A DNA stretch of 64,000 nucleotides, taken from a virus. Below, piece by piece: positions 15,858 through 26,114 of the stretch (within the stretch, counting starts at the first letter, position 1; the number at the start of each line of letters is the position of its first letter). The notes below the pieces were generated by a model. It searched no databases. It saw nothing but the letters and a program-made list of their open reading frames with translations, and had not been told where the DNA came from. The position numbers and the translations under genes were made by a program. Location of the stretch: IMG/VR virus record IMGVR_UViG_3300044617_001156. One strand, 5' to 3'.

Positions 15858-18477
15858 TAATCCAAGTAACAAAGTAAAAACCGAAGCAATCGATGAAGTA
15901 ATTTTACGGTTACTTGGATTAAATCCTGGCGTTGAATTAGATTATCAGACTTATTTTAATATATTAAAAAAGAAATTAGCAATTGGAAGATTAGTTGGTA
16001 AAGAACTTCCAAGAGAAGAAGACGAACTTTTAAGGGAAGAACTTAAAAAAGTTCGTGCAATAAAAGATAAAGGATTAAGATTTAAAGTTAAGACATCAAA
16101 AGCAAAAGTTTCTGCTGGTACTACTGGTGCTGGTGTTGGTGGAGCATCGCCAAAAACAGGAGCAATTGTAAAAGCAAAAACTGCAAAGATAGTTCCTCAA
16201 AAAATTATACCAACTAATGTAAAAGATGTTACTGAGAAAAAAGAAGAAAGTGTAGGTGGTTTCAATCAGATCAAAAAAACCCTAAATTCTATCTTAGGTG
16301 TTTTAGCATCAAAGTTTAAGTTTGATAAGAAGCAATCAGATCAAGAAAGAAAAGAAAAAGAAACTGAGAAAAGAGGGAAAAGAGAAGCAGGTCTTGAAGG
16401 ATTTAGAAAAGGTATCTCTGCGATCTCTGGAGCAGCAAAGAAGATGCTTGCTCCTTTTCAAAGTATCATAGATCGTATCTGGAAATTTATATTCTTCACT
16501 TTACTTGGTAGAGCATTTACTCAGTTGATGGGTTGGTTAGGTGACCCAGCAAATAAAAAGAAAATTCAAGTTCTCGGAAGATTTTTAAAGGACTGGTGGC
16601 CCACATTACTTGGTGCTGCTATTCTTTTCTTTACTCCTTTCGGAAAATTTGTTAGAGTAACTTTAAAAATAGTTGGATCTTTTGCTGGTAAATTAGTAAA
16701 GTTAATACCAAGAATAGCAAAAGCAGTTGCTGGACTAGGAAGATTTGCAGCCGCTAATCCATTAGCAACTTTAATTACAACAACTGCTGTTGCTGGAACC
16801 ATAGCAAGAACAGGGGAAAGAGAGAGATTAAAACCAGAACTTGATAAGCAAAGAGAAAGCGCAGCGGCAACTCAGAAAGATCCTGGAGCTCCTTGGTATA
16901 AGAAACTTGGTGGATTTTTCGCTCAACAAGAACTAACAACAGGACAACAACAGCAGGGAATTGTTGCTCCAGTTCCAGGAGCAATGTTTAATGCTGGAGG
17001 AGAAGTACCTAAACTATCGACTGGTTATGATGGTATAGACAGCACAACAGGACAAAAAGTATCTGGATTTGGTCCTGATACTCAGATGATTATCGCTCAA
17101 CCAGGCGAAGTTGTAATGAATAAAAAGACAGTTGATGCTGTAGGTGCGAATAATCTTCTTGCTTTAAATCGCCAGTATGGTGGTCCTGGTGCGAATAAAC
17201 CCAAGATGGGTAAGATGTATAATACTGGTGGTATTGTTGGTAATATTACACCAGAAAGTTTAGAAAGAACTTATATACAGGGACAAAAGTCTGGAATGAA
17301 TCCTGATGCATTAAAAGCAATCGGTGATGAAGCATTCTTACTTAAGAATTTCGGTGTCGGTGGAACCTGGAAAAACTTCAAGGGAAGTGGTGCTTCTGAT
17401 ATGAGAGGAGAACCACTACCAAGAAAACAAGGTGGTGGTATTGTTGGTATGCAGGGTGGTGGTAATATTCAGGTAAAAATTGGAAGTCCAAAGATGACTT
17501 CTTCCCGTTCTGCTTGGGATGCACTTAATAATGCTAGGACGCCATTAAAATATGCTATAGGAGACGCAAGAAAAAGATTATTTGATTTGGAAGGATTCAA
17601 AAATAGAAATATTGATAATAACGTAAGACCTTGGTGGGAAAGAATTAATCCTTTTAGGGATAAAAGAACTTTTGCTGATAAATTACCGGGCAAACCAATA
17701 GAAAACTATAGAATGCCTGGATTTGATTTAAGAGAATGGAGTGATTTAAAAAGTTTTAGAGAAAGTCCATATCCATATAACCCGAATCCAAAAAGTCCAA
17801 AAATTAAATATGCTCCTGGTGATAGATATAGAAGACCTGGAATTGATAGACCACTGATGCTTCAAGGTGGTGGAGAAGTTACTGCTGAGAGTTTAGAAAA
17901 AACTTATATTCAAGGACAAAGAAGCGGAGTAAATCCAGAGACTTTGAAGGCAATCGGCGACGAAGCATTCTTACTTAAGAATTTTGGTGTTGGTGGGACT
18001 TGGAGAAACTTTAGGGGAAGTGGTGCTTCTAATATGAGAGGAGAACCATTACCAAGAAAGCAAGGTGGAGGACCAATCCGTGGCTTAGTCAAGGAAAATA
18101 GTGGATTTAACATTCGCGGAGCAACTGCAGACAGACAACTTACTGCATTGCAACCAGGCGAGTATGTTCTTCCTGTAGATACTGTATCACGTCTTGGAAC
18201 TTCTTTAATTGATAAACTTGTTGCTATGACTGATAGTAACTCCAATCCAGCAAAAGTTGGAATGAAATCCAAGAATGTACCAAACATTACTCCTCTTTCT
18301 AGAGGTGGTAGTGGTGGTATAATGACCCTCCCACCAATCGTACAATCTGCATCTGGATCTGGGAATGCAGGGAACTCTTCAGGTGCAGGTTCAAGAGCAC
18401 CTGTGTTCCCTGTAGTTTCTGTAAGTGGAGCAAGACAAATTGCAGAAACCGCAAGCATTCTAGGAATAGTAGGATAG
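15850..18477 (+). CDS. Large baseplate hub / tape-measure-like protein
   Basis: Position after gp26/gp51; helical and hydrophobic central part; repeated GG(I/V) and QPGE(V/Y)V motifs. Confidence 0.6.
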   Translation: MVSNPSNKVKTEAIDEVILRLLGLNPGVELDYQTYFNILKKKLAIGRLVGKELPREEDELLREELKKVRAIKDKGLRFKVKTSKAKVSAGTTGAGVGGASPKTGAIVKAKTAKIVPQKIIPTNVKDVTEKKEESVGGFNQIKKTLNSILGVLASKFKFDKKQSDQERKEKETEKRGKREAGLEGFRKGISAISGAAKKMLAPFQSIIDRIWKFIFFTLLGRAFTQLMGWLGDPANKKKIQVLGRFLKDWWPTLLGAAILFFTPFGKFVRVTLKIVGSFAGKLVKLIPRIAKAVAGLGRFAAANPLATLITTTAVAGTIARTGERERLKPELDKQRESAAATQKDPGAPWYKKLGGFFAQQELTTGQQQQGIVAPVPGAMFNAGGEVPKLSTGYDGIDSTTGQKVSGFGPDTQMIIAQPGEVVMNKKTVDAVGANNLLALNRQYGGPGANKPKMGKMYNTGGIVGNITPESLERTYIQGQKSGMNPDALKAIGDEAFLLKNFGVGGTWKNFKGSGASDMRGEPLPRKQGGGIVGMQGGGNIQVKIGSPKMTSSRSAWDALNNARTPLKYAIGDARKRLFDLEGFKNRNIDNNVRPWWERINPFRDKRTFADKLPGKPIENYRMPGFDLREWSDLKSFRESPYPYNPNPKSPKIKYAPGDRYRRPGIDRPLMLQGGGEVTAESLEKTYIQGQRSGVNPETLKAIGDEAFLLKNFGVGGTWRNFRGSGASNMRGEPLPRKQGGGPIRGLVKENSGFNIRGATADRQLTALQPGEYVLPVDTVSRLGTSLIDKLVAMTDSNSNPAKVGMKSKNVPNITPLSRGGSGGIMTLPPIVQSASGSGNAGNSSGAGSRAPVFPVVSVSGARQIAETASILGIVG
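17245..18072 (+). repeat. Internal 195-bp (65-aa) duplication: 17245-17439 and 17878-18072
   Basis: ESLE.TYIQGQ.SG.NP..LKAIGDEAFLLKNFGVGGTW.NF.GSGAS.MRGEPLPRKQGGG occurs twice. Confidence 0.95.
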
Positions 18478-18481
18478 CACA

Positions 18482-21472
18482 ATGGCGAAAATTACAAACC
18501 CATCTAAGTTACTTCCATCAGCAAAGTCCACATCAATCACTAAGATTGGAAAGTCAAACTTTACTAGTCCTCTTAAGATCTCTAAAAAAAGTACTTCAAT
18601 AACAAAAGGATTACTTGATGAAAGTAATCAAAAAGATGCAGTAGATGTAAACAATAAGTTAGTTAAGGTTGAAAAGTTTTTCCAATCGGATCTTTTAGTA
18701 TCTAAGAAAAAATCAGAAACCAAAAGAAAAGAAAAAGAGAAAGAAGAATTTAAAAAAGAAGAAGAAAAATTAGAAGCACCGAAGGAAGCAAAGAAATTTA
18801 ATCTACCTGGTCTTTCCGTTCCAGGAATGAGTTTCTTGGATAGAATTAAAAGGTTCTTATTCTTCACTGCTCTTGGTTGGTTATTTACTAAGTTCCAAGA
18901 TCAACTTCCGAAACTTCTTGGTGTAGTAAAACTCATTAGTGGAGTTTATGGTGTAGTAGAGAATACATTTAAGTTTCTTCTTTCATCTTTTGTTAGTTTT
19001 GTTGAACGTGGATATGATGCTTATGATAAGATAAGAGGAATTGCAAAGAGTATTGGTGGAGATAAAGCACAGAAAGATTTTGATAATCTATCAGGCAAGC
19101 TAAACGAATATATTAACTATGCTCTGATTGGTGGAATGGCTCTTACGGGAGCGATTGACGCTTTTGGCAAACAATTAAAAGCAGAAAAAATTGCAAAAGA
19201 AACATCTAAAAAAGCAGGTGCAAAGGAAGTAGGGAAAGGTGCCGCACAAGAATTAACTAAAAGAGCAGCGAAAAAAGGAATTATACAAAGAACCGCACAG
19301 GCATCAAGAATTGGAATAAAAAAAGGAGCTCAAGCAGTTGTTGGTAAGCAAGGTGTTAAACAATTATTAAGGTTAGCAAAAGGTCCCCTATCAAGACTTC
19401 CAATTCTTGGAGCATTAATTGAATTTGGTTTATCTTGGGCTCTTGGAGATAATCCAGGTAAAGCTGCTTTTAGAGGTGTTGGAACTTTATTACTTGGTGC
19501 TGTTGGATCTTTAATTCTTCCTGGATTTGGAACTTTTATTGGTGGATTAGCGGGCGCTGAACTAGCAGGAAAGTTATATGAAGTTTTATTTGAAAATAAA
19601 AAATCACAAGGTAACGTTCAGAGAAAACAAGGTGGCGGTTCAGTAACAAGAGGCGGAAAACCTCAAGGGCGTGGTCCATCCAGAACACTTAAGATTACGC
19701 AGAGAAGACCACCAAAAATTAAACCAAAGCAATCTCAACCAGGAAAAGATGTTGGTGGAAAGAAAAAAATACGTGAATTATATCCAGACCCATCAATAAG
19801 AACTGATATTGAAGGCGAACAGAAGGGTGCTTGGTGGAACTTGCTTCCCCCACTACCAGAAAATGCAAGTGCAGAACAGATAGCACAAAGAGAAGCAAAA
19901 ATTAAGGCACTACCAAATCCATATAAGGCATTAACAAACGCAGCAAAAGTTCTTAAGGATATTCCTTTTGGTATTGGTGCTTTAATGGGAGGTGCTGTTG
20001 ATATTGCTTTAGGTCAAAAGTTACCTAAAGATGCAATCAGAGGATTAAGTGGTGGAATATCACATCTAATTACTTCTATTGCAAATAGACAAATATCTGC
20101 AAGCATTTCGAATATTGAAAAAGAAGTCTCTAAAATGCAGACTGGTGGTGTGATTAAACCAAGAGATCTCACTAAAAGTAGTGAAGTGGGTCCTGCAGAA
20201 GGTATTACAAAAGCATTAGATAATCTAATTTACCAGAAAGTTGATGAGGCAATTAGAGAAGTTCAAAAGCAATTGATGCCTGGTAAGTATAATGAGTTTA
20301 AGAAAGATACTACAGGAGAGGAAGGAAAAGAGGGAACAGAACTTGATACAAGTCCAGGAAGTATGGGAAGTGTAAAGGTCACTTCAGAAAGTCCTGATTT
20401 TTGGTTACTAGTTACTGCTGCTCTGTTTGAAAATGGAATACCTACCGATGGATATCAAGGTGCTGTTGATGCAGCTCAAGCAATTTATAATAGAGTTTCT
20501 TTACCTGGATGGCCAAAAAATATAAAGGGAGTTATTTTACAACCAGGTCAGTTTCAACCAGTTAGTGACTATGGTGGAGTTAATGAGTGGGGAAAAATAA
20601 ACTCAAAAGAAACTGCTATTGCATTTGCTAAAAAATATAAAGGATATACTGGAAATATTGTTGAAAAAATTGCAGCAGCATTATTAGATAGAAGTAAACA
20701 AGAAAAAGCAAGAACTTTTGTTGGACCCAGAGATAATTTTAGATCAGACTCTTTTGAAAAAAAATATGATGATCTTGATAATTCTACAGAGGTAAGTCGT
20801 TATGGCCATACTTTTGGGTTTGAACCAAGAGGTGCAAACATTGGTAGGTTTAAAAAAGGAACATTGATGCCGGCAGAAGTTAATAAAGAAGTTGTTAAAG
20901 GTAAAGTTGATGAATCTACTCCTTCTACTAAAACGGATTTAGGTAAAGGATATGGATCCGCAGGTAGCAAAATTGCAGGTGAACTTGGAAGGTTTATGAA
21001 GAAAAAAGGAGTTGTTCCTGGTAGCATTCATAGGCATCCGGAACATCCCCCATATAGTTTAACTTCGGGTCATAGTCCAGGATCTTTGCATTATCAGGGA
21101 AGAGCTATTGATCTTGGTGCTTATGCTAATGAACAAGGACCAATATTGAAAGCAGTTGCAGAATTTAATAAGATAAAAGGCGTTAAACCAGTTGAACTTC
21201 TTCATGCAGGAAATGAACCATCTGGTCATAGTGATCACGTTCATGTTGCTTATCAAGGTGGCGGAGTTGTTCCAAAACAATCTCCAAACAGAAATGTATC
21301 ATCTCTAAGATCTTATCCTTCTTATGCTGATGGAGGTATGATGATTGCAATACAACCAATGATTATTGAAAAACCAGTTCCTGTACCAATGGGAAGAAGT
21401 AAAGGTATTTCTTTCCCAGTTGCTGGTGTAAATAATAGTACTGGTAATACTCCAAGTCTAAGTAAAGGATAA
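18482..21472 (+). CDS. Large tail protein with SleB-like cell-wall hydrolase and M15-like metallopeptidase domains
   Basis: AALFENG..AVDAAQAIYNRV..WPKNIKGVILQPGQF; HSPGSLHYQGRAID...HSDHVHV. Confidence 0.75.
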   Translation: MAKITNPSKLLPSAKSTSITKIGKSNFTSPLKISKKSTSITKGLLDESNQKDAVDVNNKLVKVEKFFQSDLLVSKKKSETKRKEKEKEEFKKEEEKLEAPKEAKKFNLPGLSVPGMSFLDRIKRFLFFTALGWLFTKFQDQLPKLLGVVKLISGVYGVVENTFKFLLSSFVSFVERGYDAYDKIRGIAKSIGGDKAQKDFDNLSGKLNEYINYALIGGMALTGAIDAFGKQLKAEKIAKETSKKAGAKEVGKGAAQELTKRAAKKGIIQRTAQASRIGIKKGAQAVVGKQGVKQLLRLAKGPLSRLPILGALIEFGLSWALGDNPGKAAFRGVGTLLLGAVGSLILPGFGTFIGGLAGAELAGKLYEVLFENKKSQGNVQRKQGGGSVTRGGKPQGRGPSRTLKITQRRPPKIKPKQSQPGKDVGGKKKIRELYPDPSIRTDIEGEQKGAWWNLLPPLPENASAEQIAQREAKIKALPNPYKALTNAAKVLKDIPFGIGALMGGAVDIALGQKLPKDAIRGLSGGISHLITSIANRQISASISNIEKEVSKMQTGGVIKPRDLTKSSEVGPAEGITKALDNLIYQKVDEAIREVQKQLMPGKYNEFKKDTTGEEGKEGTELDTSPGSMGSVKVTSESPDFWLLVTAALFENGIPTDGYQGAVDAAQAIYNRVSLPGWPKNIKGVILQPGQFQPVSDYGGVNEWGKINSKETAIAFAKKYKGYTGNIVEKIAAALLDRSKQEKARTFVGPRDNFRSDSFEKKYDDLDNSTEVSRYGHTFGFEPRGANIGRFKKGTLMPAEVNKEVVKGKVDESTPSTKTDLGKGYGSAGSKIAGELGRFMKKKGVVPGSIHRHPEHPPYSLTSGHSPGSLHYQGRAIDLGAYANEQGPILKAVAEFNKIKGVKPVELLHAGNEPSGHSDHVHVAYQGGGVVPKQSPNRNVSSLRSYPSYADGGMMIAIQPMIIEKPVPVPMGRSKGISFPVAGVNNSTGNTPSLSKG

Positions 21473-21473
21473 G

Positions 21474-22802
21474 ATGGCGGAAAATTTTGCAGCACAGGCA
21501 GGTAGCGGCCAGATAAATTTATTTGAAGTTTATTCAAATTATAATGATCCCGTTGATGTTGCTTCAGCGTGCATTGAATTAAATTACTATGAAAGTATTC
21601 TTGATAATACAGTAAGAGCAGAGGCAACTTTTGTTGATACTGGATACAGAAAAGATGAAGATGGATCATCTGTCTTTGAGAAAGATGATGTCAATATGAC
21701 TTCAGGCGAAAAAGTCTTCTTAAAGATTACTGATGGATATGAAACTCAATTAAGTTTTATTGAAGACAAACAATTACGTATTAATGGAGACCCAGGTGCA
21801 TCAAGTGAAGATGTAAACAAAGTGGTCTTTAGTGTTGATATGTACTCTAAAGAAGCAATTGATAATAAGATTGCAGACAACTGGGTCTATGGAAGATATG
21901 ATGGAAAAATTACAGACTCAGTGGAATCGATACTGAGAAATTGTTTGAAGACTCCTAAGAATCTTATTATTGATCCTGGACTAAACGGTTATAATTTTAT
22001 AGGACATACCGAAAAACCTTTTTATCTTTGCACTTTATTAGGTAAGAAGTGTGTTCCTCAACTTCCAGATGCTTTTGGTAAACTTGCAGGGTACCTATTC
22101 TATGAAACTTATGATGGATATAATTTTAGATCCATCGATGTGCTTTTCAAACAAAAACCAAAAAGAAAGTTGATCTTTAATCAATTAATTGGAGAAATAC
22201 CTGAGGGATATGACGGTAAAATTTTAGATTACTCATTTATTGGAACTATAAATCTTGATAAACTTGTTAATTCTGGTGCTATGTCTACAATCAGAAAACA
22301 AGAATTTAACAGAATGAAGAATGTCTATAATGAGGTATCTATAGGATCATCTATTTCATATATGGGTGATAACAATGGTGGGTTGGAAAGACCAAAGATT
22401 GCTGAGGACTTGAAGATACAAGAAAAACCCACTCGTACTGTAAGTGCTAAGATGTCTGATGATGGTATTCTTCCTACAGGTACAACTCTAGCTCAACAGA
22501 TACCATTGTCTCAACAACCAAACTTTAATATGGATGAGATTATAAGACAGTCAATAATGAGATACAATCAATTATATTCAAATAAACTTTCTATTGCTAT
22601 TGCTGGAGACTTTAGATTAAGAGCAGGCGATTTGATTTACTGTGACTTCCCAGAAGTTTCCGGAAAGACTAGTAGAGTTGTAAGCCAGAAAGTTGGTGGT
22701 ATATATATGATAGCGGATGTGTGTCACCGCATAACAAAAAATAATTGTTATACAAGACTCAATCTAGTTAGAGATTCAATTTACAGAAAGCCATTTAAGT
22801 AA
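21474..22802 (+). CDS. Baseplate hub / tail protein (gp27-like position)
   Basis: YYESILDN...GYLFYETYDGYNFRSID...GDFRLRAGD...GIYMIADVCH...TRLNLVRDS. Confidence 0.65.
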   Translation: MAENFAAQAGSGQINLFEVYSNYNDPVDVASACIELNYYESILDNTVRAEATFVDTGYRKDEDGSSVFEKDDVNMTSGEKVFLKITDGYETQLSFIEDKQLRINGDPGASSEDVNKVVFSVDMYSKEAIDNKIADNWVYGRYDGKITDSVESILRNCLKTPKNLIIDPGLNGYNFIGHTEKPFYLCTLLGKKCVPQLPDAFGKLAGYLFYETYDGYNFRSIDVLFKQKPKRKLIFNQLIGEIPEGYDGKILDYSFIGTINLDKLVNSGAMSTIRKQEFNRMKNVYNEVSIGSSISYMGDNNGGLERPKIAEDLKIQEKPTRTVSAKMSDDGILPTGTTLAQQIPLSQQPNFNMDEIIRQSIMRYNQLYSNKLSIAIAGDFRLRAGDLIYCDFPEVSGKTSRVVSQKVGGIYMIADVCHRITKNNCYTRLNLVRDSIYRKPFK

Positions 22803-22803
22803 A

Positions 22804-23016
22804 ATGGAAAAATCAATTCAACAACACATTAATAATGATCGCGATGAGTTAGATAACCCTAACACAAGCGGACAACGCCGTCGTCATTTGGAAGACGAAT
22901 TAGAGCACTTAGAAAAGTATCAAGCAAATCATCCAGATACTGATCATGATCCAACTCCATTTGAAATGTACTGTGATGAGAACCCTAATGCCTTAGAGTG
23001 TAGAATTTACGACTGA
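22804..23016 (+). CDS. cp12: CP12 Calvin-cycle inhibitor (phage type)
   Basis: C-terminal PFEMYCDENPNALECRIYD. Confidence 0.92.
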   Translation: MEKSIQQHINNDRDELDNPNTSGQRRRHLEDELEHLEKYQANHPDTDHDPTPFEMYCDENPNALECRIYD

Positions 23017-23024
23017 GATAATCA

Positions 23025-25508
23025 ATGAACGATAATTTTTTTGATGACGAATCAGCCCACTCTATGCTTATGTACTGGTGGCATGGAGTCATTGTTGACG
23101 ACATGTACTGGGCAGGTTGCACTAATGATGATAGATCTAATGAGTACTCTAAAATACATAATGCGGATAAGTTAGAGGCTCGTCCAAGAAAAGGATGGGG
23201 TAAGAGGTATAAAGTCGCTGTTGTAGGAAGACACTACGCAATCAAAGGAAAATCAGATGAAGCAGATCTGCTGGAGATGGCGGAAGTTGTTTATCCAGTT
23301 ACAGCAGGATCTGGTCTTGGTGGAACAAAACAAACTTCCGCGCTGAGACAAGGAGCACATGTAATTGGTTTTTATGCTGACGGAAAAGAAGGAAGAAATC
23401 CTGTAATTCTTGGATGCTTTGGTGTAAACGAACAGAATGAACCAAGTATATTTCAAGGAGATCCTCCACAGTTCTTTCAGTTAAGAACTGCAAACAAAGG
23501 AATGTGTGGGGAAAAATTAAAAAAAGTCCCAGAAAAGGATCAGAATTTAGAGAAAGATAAAAAACCAATTGAAGCAAATGCAAGTCCTCAACAAGCAAGC
23601 ATTGCACACCAAACAAAACTTTATGATGGTAACGCAAAAGAACCGATATATAAACCACTAAAGTGTGAGGGGCCCGCTGATATTATTAGCAATATAAAAT
23701 TACTATTAAACAAATTATCTTATTACACCAATCTAGCAAAGAGAGGTGCTTCTGACCTTGTATCAAGTATTGATGGGATAATCAAATCAGTAACAAGGGC
23801 AATAGCAGGTCTTACAAACACTCTTTTAGATCGTGCGAGAGGATTTCTTATTAATTTAATTAATAAAGGGATTTCTGGAGTGATGAATCTCCTCCCTCCT
23901 TTCCTAAGACCTGGATTTAATTTAAATGTCCAAGGAGCACTGAGTGGTTTAGCATGTGCTTTCAATAAAATTAAAGATAAGGTTCTTGGTGTTGTAAAAA
24001 ACCTTACTAAGCAGTTTATTGATAATTATGTAACTGCTCCCTTATGTGCTGCAACTTCATTTGTTGGTGCTTTACTTGGAAATGTACTTGGTCAGATTAA
24101 TGGCGCTGTCGATACTGCAGTTAACGCGATTAATTCTGTTATAAACATTGGTGCTGGATTTGCAGATAAAGTTCTTGACGTTCTAGACTTTGTTTTAGAT
24201 CTTCTTGGATTTTTTGAATGTGATACTGACGAGAAGAAATGTCCAGATACTAAACAATGGAGTTTCTGGAATGGACCAAAAGATATTGAAGTGGAGGTTG
24301 AAGCAGGGATAAGTAGAAAGATAAGAAATATTATTAGTGAAGTTGAAACTGCATTGCCTGGAAGTGAATCAGGAACGGCTTCAAATCCATGTAATTCAAG
24401 ACAAGTTCCATGTGGTCCACCAAGAGTACAAATCGTTGGTGGAGGTGGCCGCGGTGCTGAAGCAAATGCAGTTGTAAGTGCGACTGGAGCAATTTTAGGT
24501 CTTGACTTCTCTGCTTTTGGTTCTGGATATACATACGAACCGCAGATTAGAGTTATAGACTCCTGTGGTATTGGTGGTGGTGCTGTGCTCCAACCAATTA
24601 TGGAACCAACAGGAAGATTCAATCGCTTTGAACAGGAAATATTAAATCTTACTGGTGCTATTCCTATTGATTCAGGAACTCAGTATTTACCTGCTCCCAA
24701 TGGATCTACTGGTGGTGCTGGATTTATTTTCTCCCTACCCGATGAGACTATTCTGTTTAGAACAGGAAGCACCCAAACCATTAATGGTAAAGAAGTAAAT
24801 GGTGTTGGTTATGAAGTTTATTCCTGCGGAGAAACTTTCAGTGTTGTTCCTGGGGATGAAGTTTATCTACCCAATGGAACTACAGCAGATCTTTTTGGTG
24901 TAACTGGAGAAGTACAACAATCTTTAACTGGTCTTGGACCTCTTGCTAAAATTGTTATCGAAGGAACTGGAACAATTACTGCACCATGTCTTCCTACAAA
25001 TGTTCCTACCTTACCACCGATAACTACTCCAATCTCTTCTGGCGAGACAACAATCGGAATTACAACTATTGCCCCATCTATTCCAGGAACCACTGCACCT
25101 TCCACCGGAACTCCTACTGAAACTGGTGGACAACCAGCACCAACTCCAGGAGTTCCGTTACCAACCACAGTTCCTGTGATAACAGTCATTGATACGGTTG
25201 TTATTACTAATCCCGGATTTGGATTTACAACAACAGATACGATTACAATTGATGATAATAAAGGTGCTGATTTAGACTTTGATGTAAATGAGAACGGTGA
25301 AGTTACTACGGTGACTGTAATTAATGGTGGTCTTGGATTTGACGAAGTTCCCTTTATTCGTATAGAATCAAAAACAGGATTTAATTTTGAAGCAGTACCA
25401 GTATTCAAATTTATTCCTGTTTCTAGCATAGACCTAAATAACATCACCATACCACCTGGTTCAAAAATTATTAGTGTAGTAGACTGTGTAGGTAAGTATA
25501 ATGAGTAG
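23025..25508 (+). CDS. gp5: gp5-like baseplate hub/spike protein (N-terminal OB-fold region)
   Basis: WWHGVI...RYKVAVVG.H...VIGFYADG...PVILG; C-terminal ISVVDCV; no lysozyme motif recognised. Confidence 0.7.
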   Translation: MNDNFFDDESAHSMLMYWWHGVIVDDMYWAGCTNDDRSNEYSKIHNADKLEARPRKGWGKRYKVAVVGRHYAIKGKSDEADLLEMAEVVYPVTAGSGLGGTKQTSALRQGAHVIGFYADGKEGRNPVILGCFGVNEQNEPSIFQGDPPQFFQLRTANKGMCGEKLKKVPEKDQNLEKDKKPIEANASPQQASIAHQTKLYDGNAKEPIYKPLKCEGPADIISNIKLLLNKLSYYTNLAKRGASDLVSSIDGIIKSVTRAIAGLTNTLLDRARGFLINLINKGISGVMNLLPPFLRPGFNLNVQGALSGLACAFNKIKDKVLGVVKNLTKQFIDNYVTAPLCAATSFVGALLGNVLGQINGAVDTAVNAINSVINIGAGFADKVLDVLDFVLDLLGFFECDTDEKKCPDTKQWSFWNGPKDIEVEVEAGISRKIRNIISEVETALPGSESGTASNPCNSRQVPCGPPRVQIVGGGGRGAEANAVVSATGAILGLDFSAFGSGYTYEPQIRVIDSCGIGGGAVLQPIMEPTGRFNRFEQEILNLTGAIPIDSGTQYLPAPNGSTGGAGFIFSLPDETILFRTGSTQTINGKEVNGVGYEVYSCGETFSVVPGDEVYLPNGTTADLFGVTGEVQQSLTGLGPLAKIVIEGTGTITAPCLPTNVPTLPPITTPISSGETTIGITTIAPSIPGTTAPSTGTPTETGGQPAPTPGVPLPTTVPVITVIDTVVITNPGFGFTTTDTITIDDNKGADLDFDVNENGEVTTVTVINGGLGFDEVPFIRIESKTGFNFEAVPVFKFIPVSSIDLNNITIPPGSKIISVVDCVGKYNE

Positions 25509-26109
25509 TGGACCTAAGGAAACTTTTGAAGCATTAGAATATGGAAATCGCTGGGGTAAAGTATACTTTGGTGGTCTGAATCTATCTGGTCAAGGTGGTC
25601 TTGAAGCAGATGTGTTGTCTGGGATTGGATTGCAAGCATTCAATTCTTTACATTATATTCAGATGGAAAATGATGGTCCAAGAAAAGGTTGGACTCTTCA
25701 AAGAAATCCTGGTGTATGGGAAGTCAAGTGTGGCGACAATGTAAAAGAAGGTGAAATTGGTGGATACATACAGGTAGAAAATGGGGACCTAGTTCTAAAA
25801 GCACCAAATGGAAGAATTCGTCTGCAGGCAGTCGATATTGATTTAAGAGCAGATGGTTATGATGAAACAACAGGTGTTATCAACATAGATTCTAATAATG
25901 AAGTTAGAATTAAAACTGGAAAGTTTAAAGTTACTTCAGAAAATGGAATTAAGTTATTCAGTCCTCAAGCAGTAGATATAGTAAGTAATACTGCTATGAA
26001 CTTAGCATCAAACTTCGTTGGTGGATTTACATCAGCAGCCGCACAACTGGGAGCAAAAGCACTCCCAGCAACAAGTCAAGTATTTGATACAGTCAATCGT
26101 TTCTTATAA
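25501..26109 (+). CDS. Baseplate spike-associated beta-helix-like protein
   Basis: ENGDLVLKAPNGRIRLQA; follows gp5. Confidence 0.55.
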   Translation: MSSGPKETFEALEYGNRWGKVYFGGLNLSGQGGLEADVLSGIGLQAFNSLHYIQMENDGPRKGWTLQRNPGVWEVKCGDNVKEGEIGGYIQVENGDLVLKAPNGRIRLQAVDIDLRADGYDETTGVINIDSNNEVRIKTGKFKVTSENGIKLFSPQAVDIVSNTAMNLASNFVGGFTSAAAQLGAKALPATSQVFDTVNRFL

Positions 26110-26114
26110 AAAAT

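Noticed and set aside
22804-23016. CP12 inside a baseplate operon as a novelty
   Set aside because: Phage CP12 with only the C-terminal Cys pair is well known in cyanomyoviruses.
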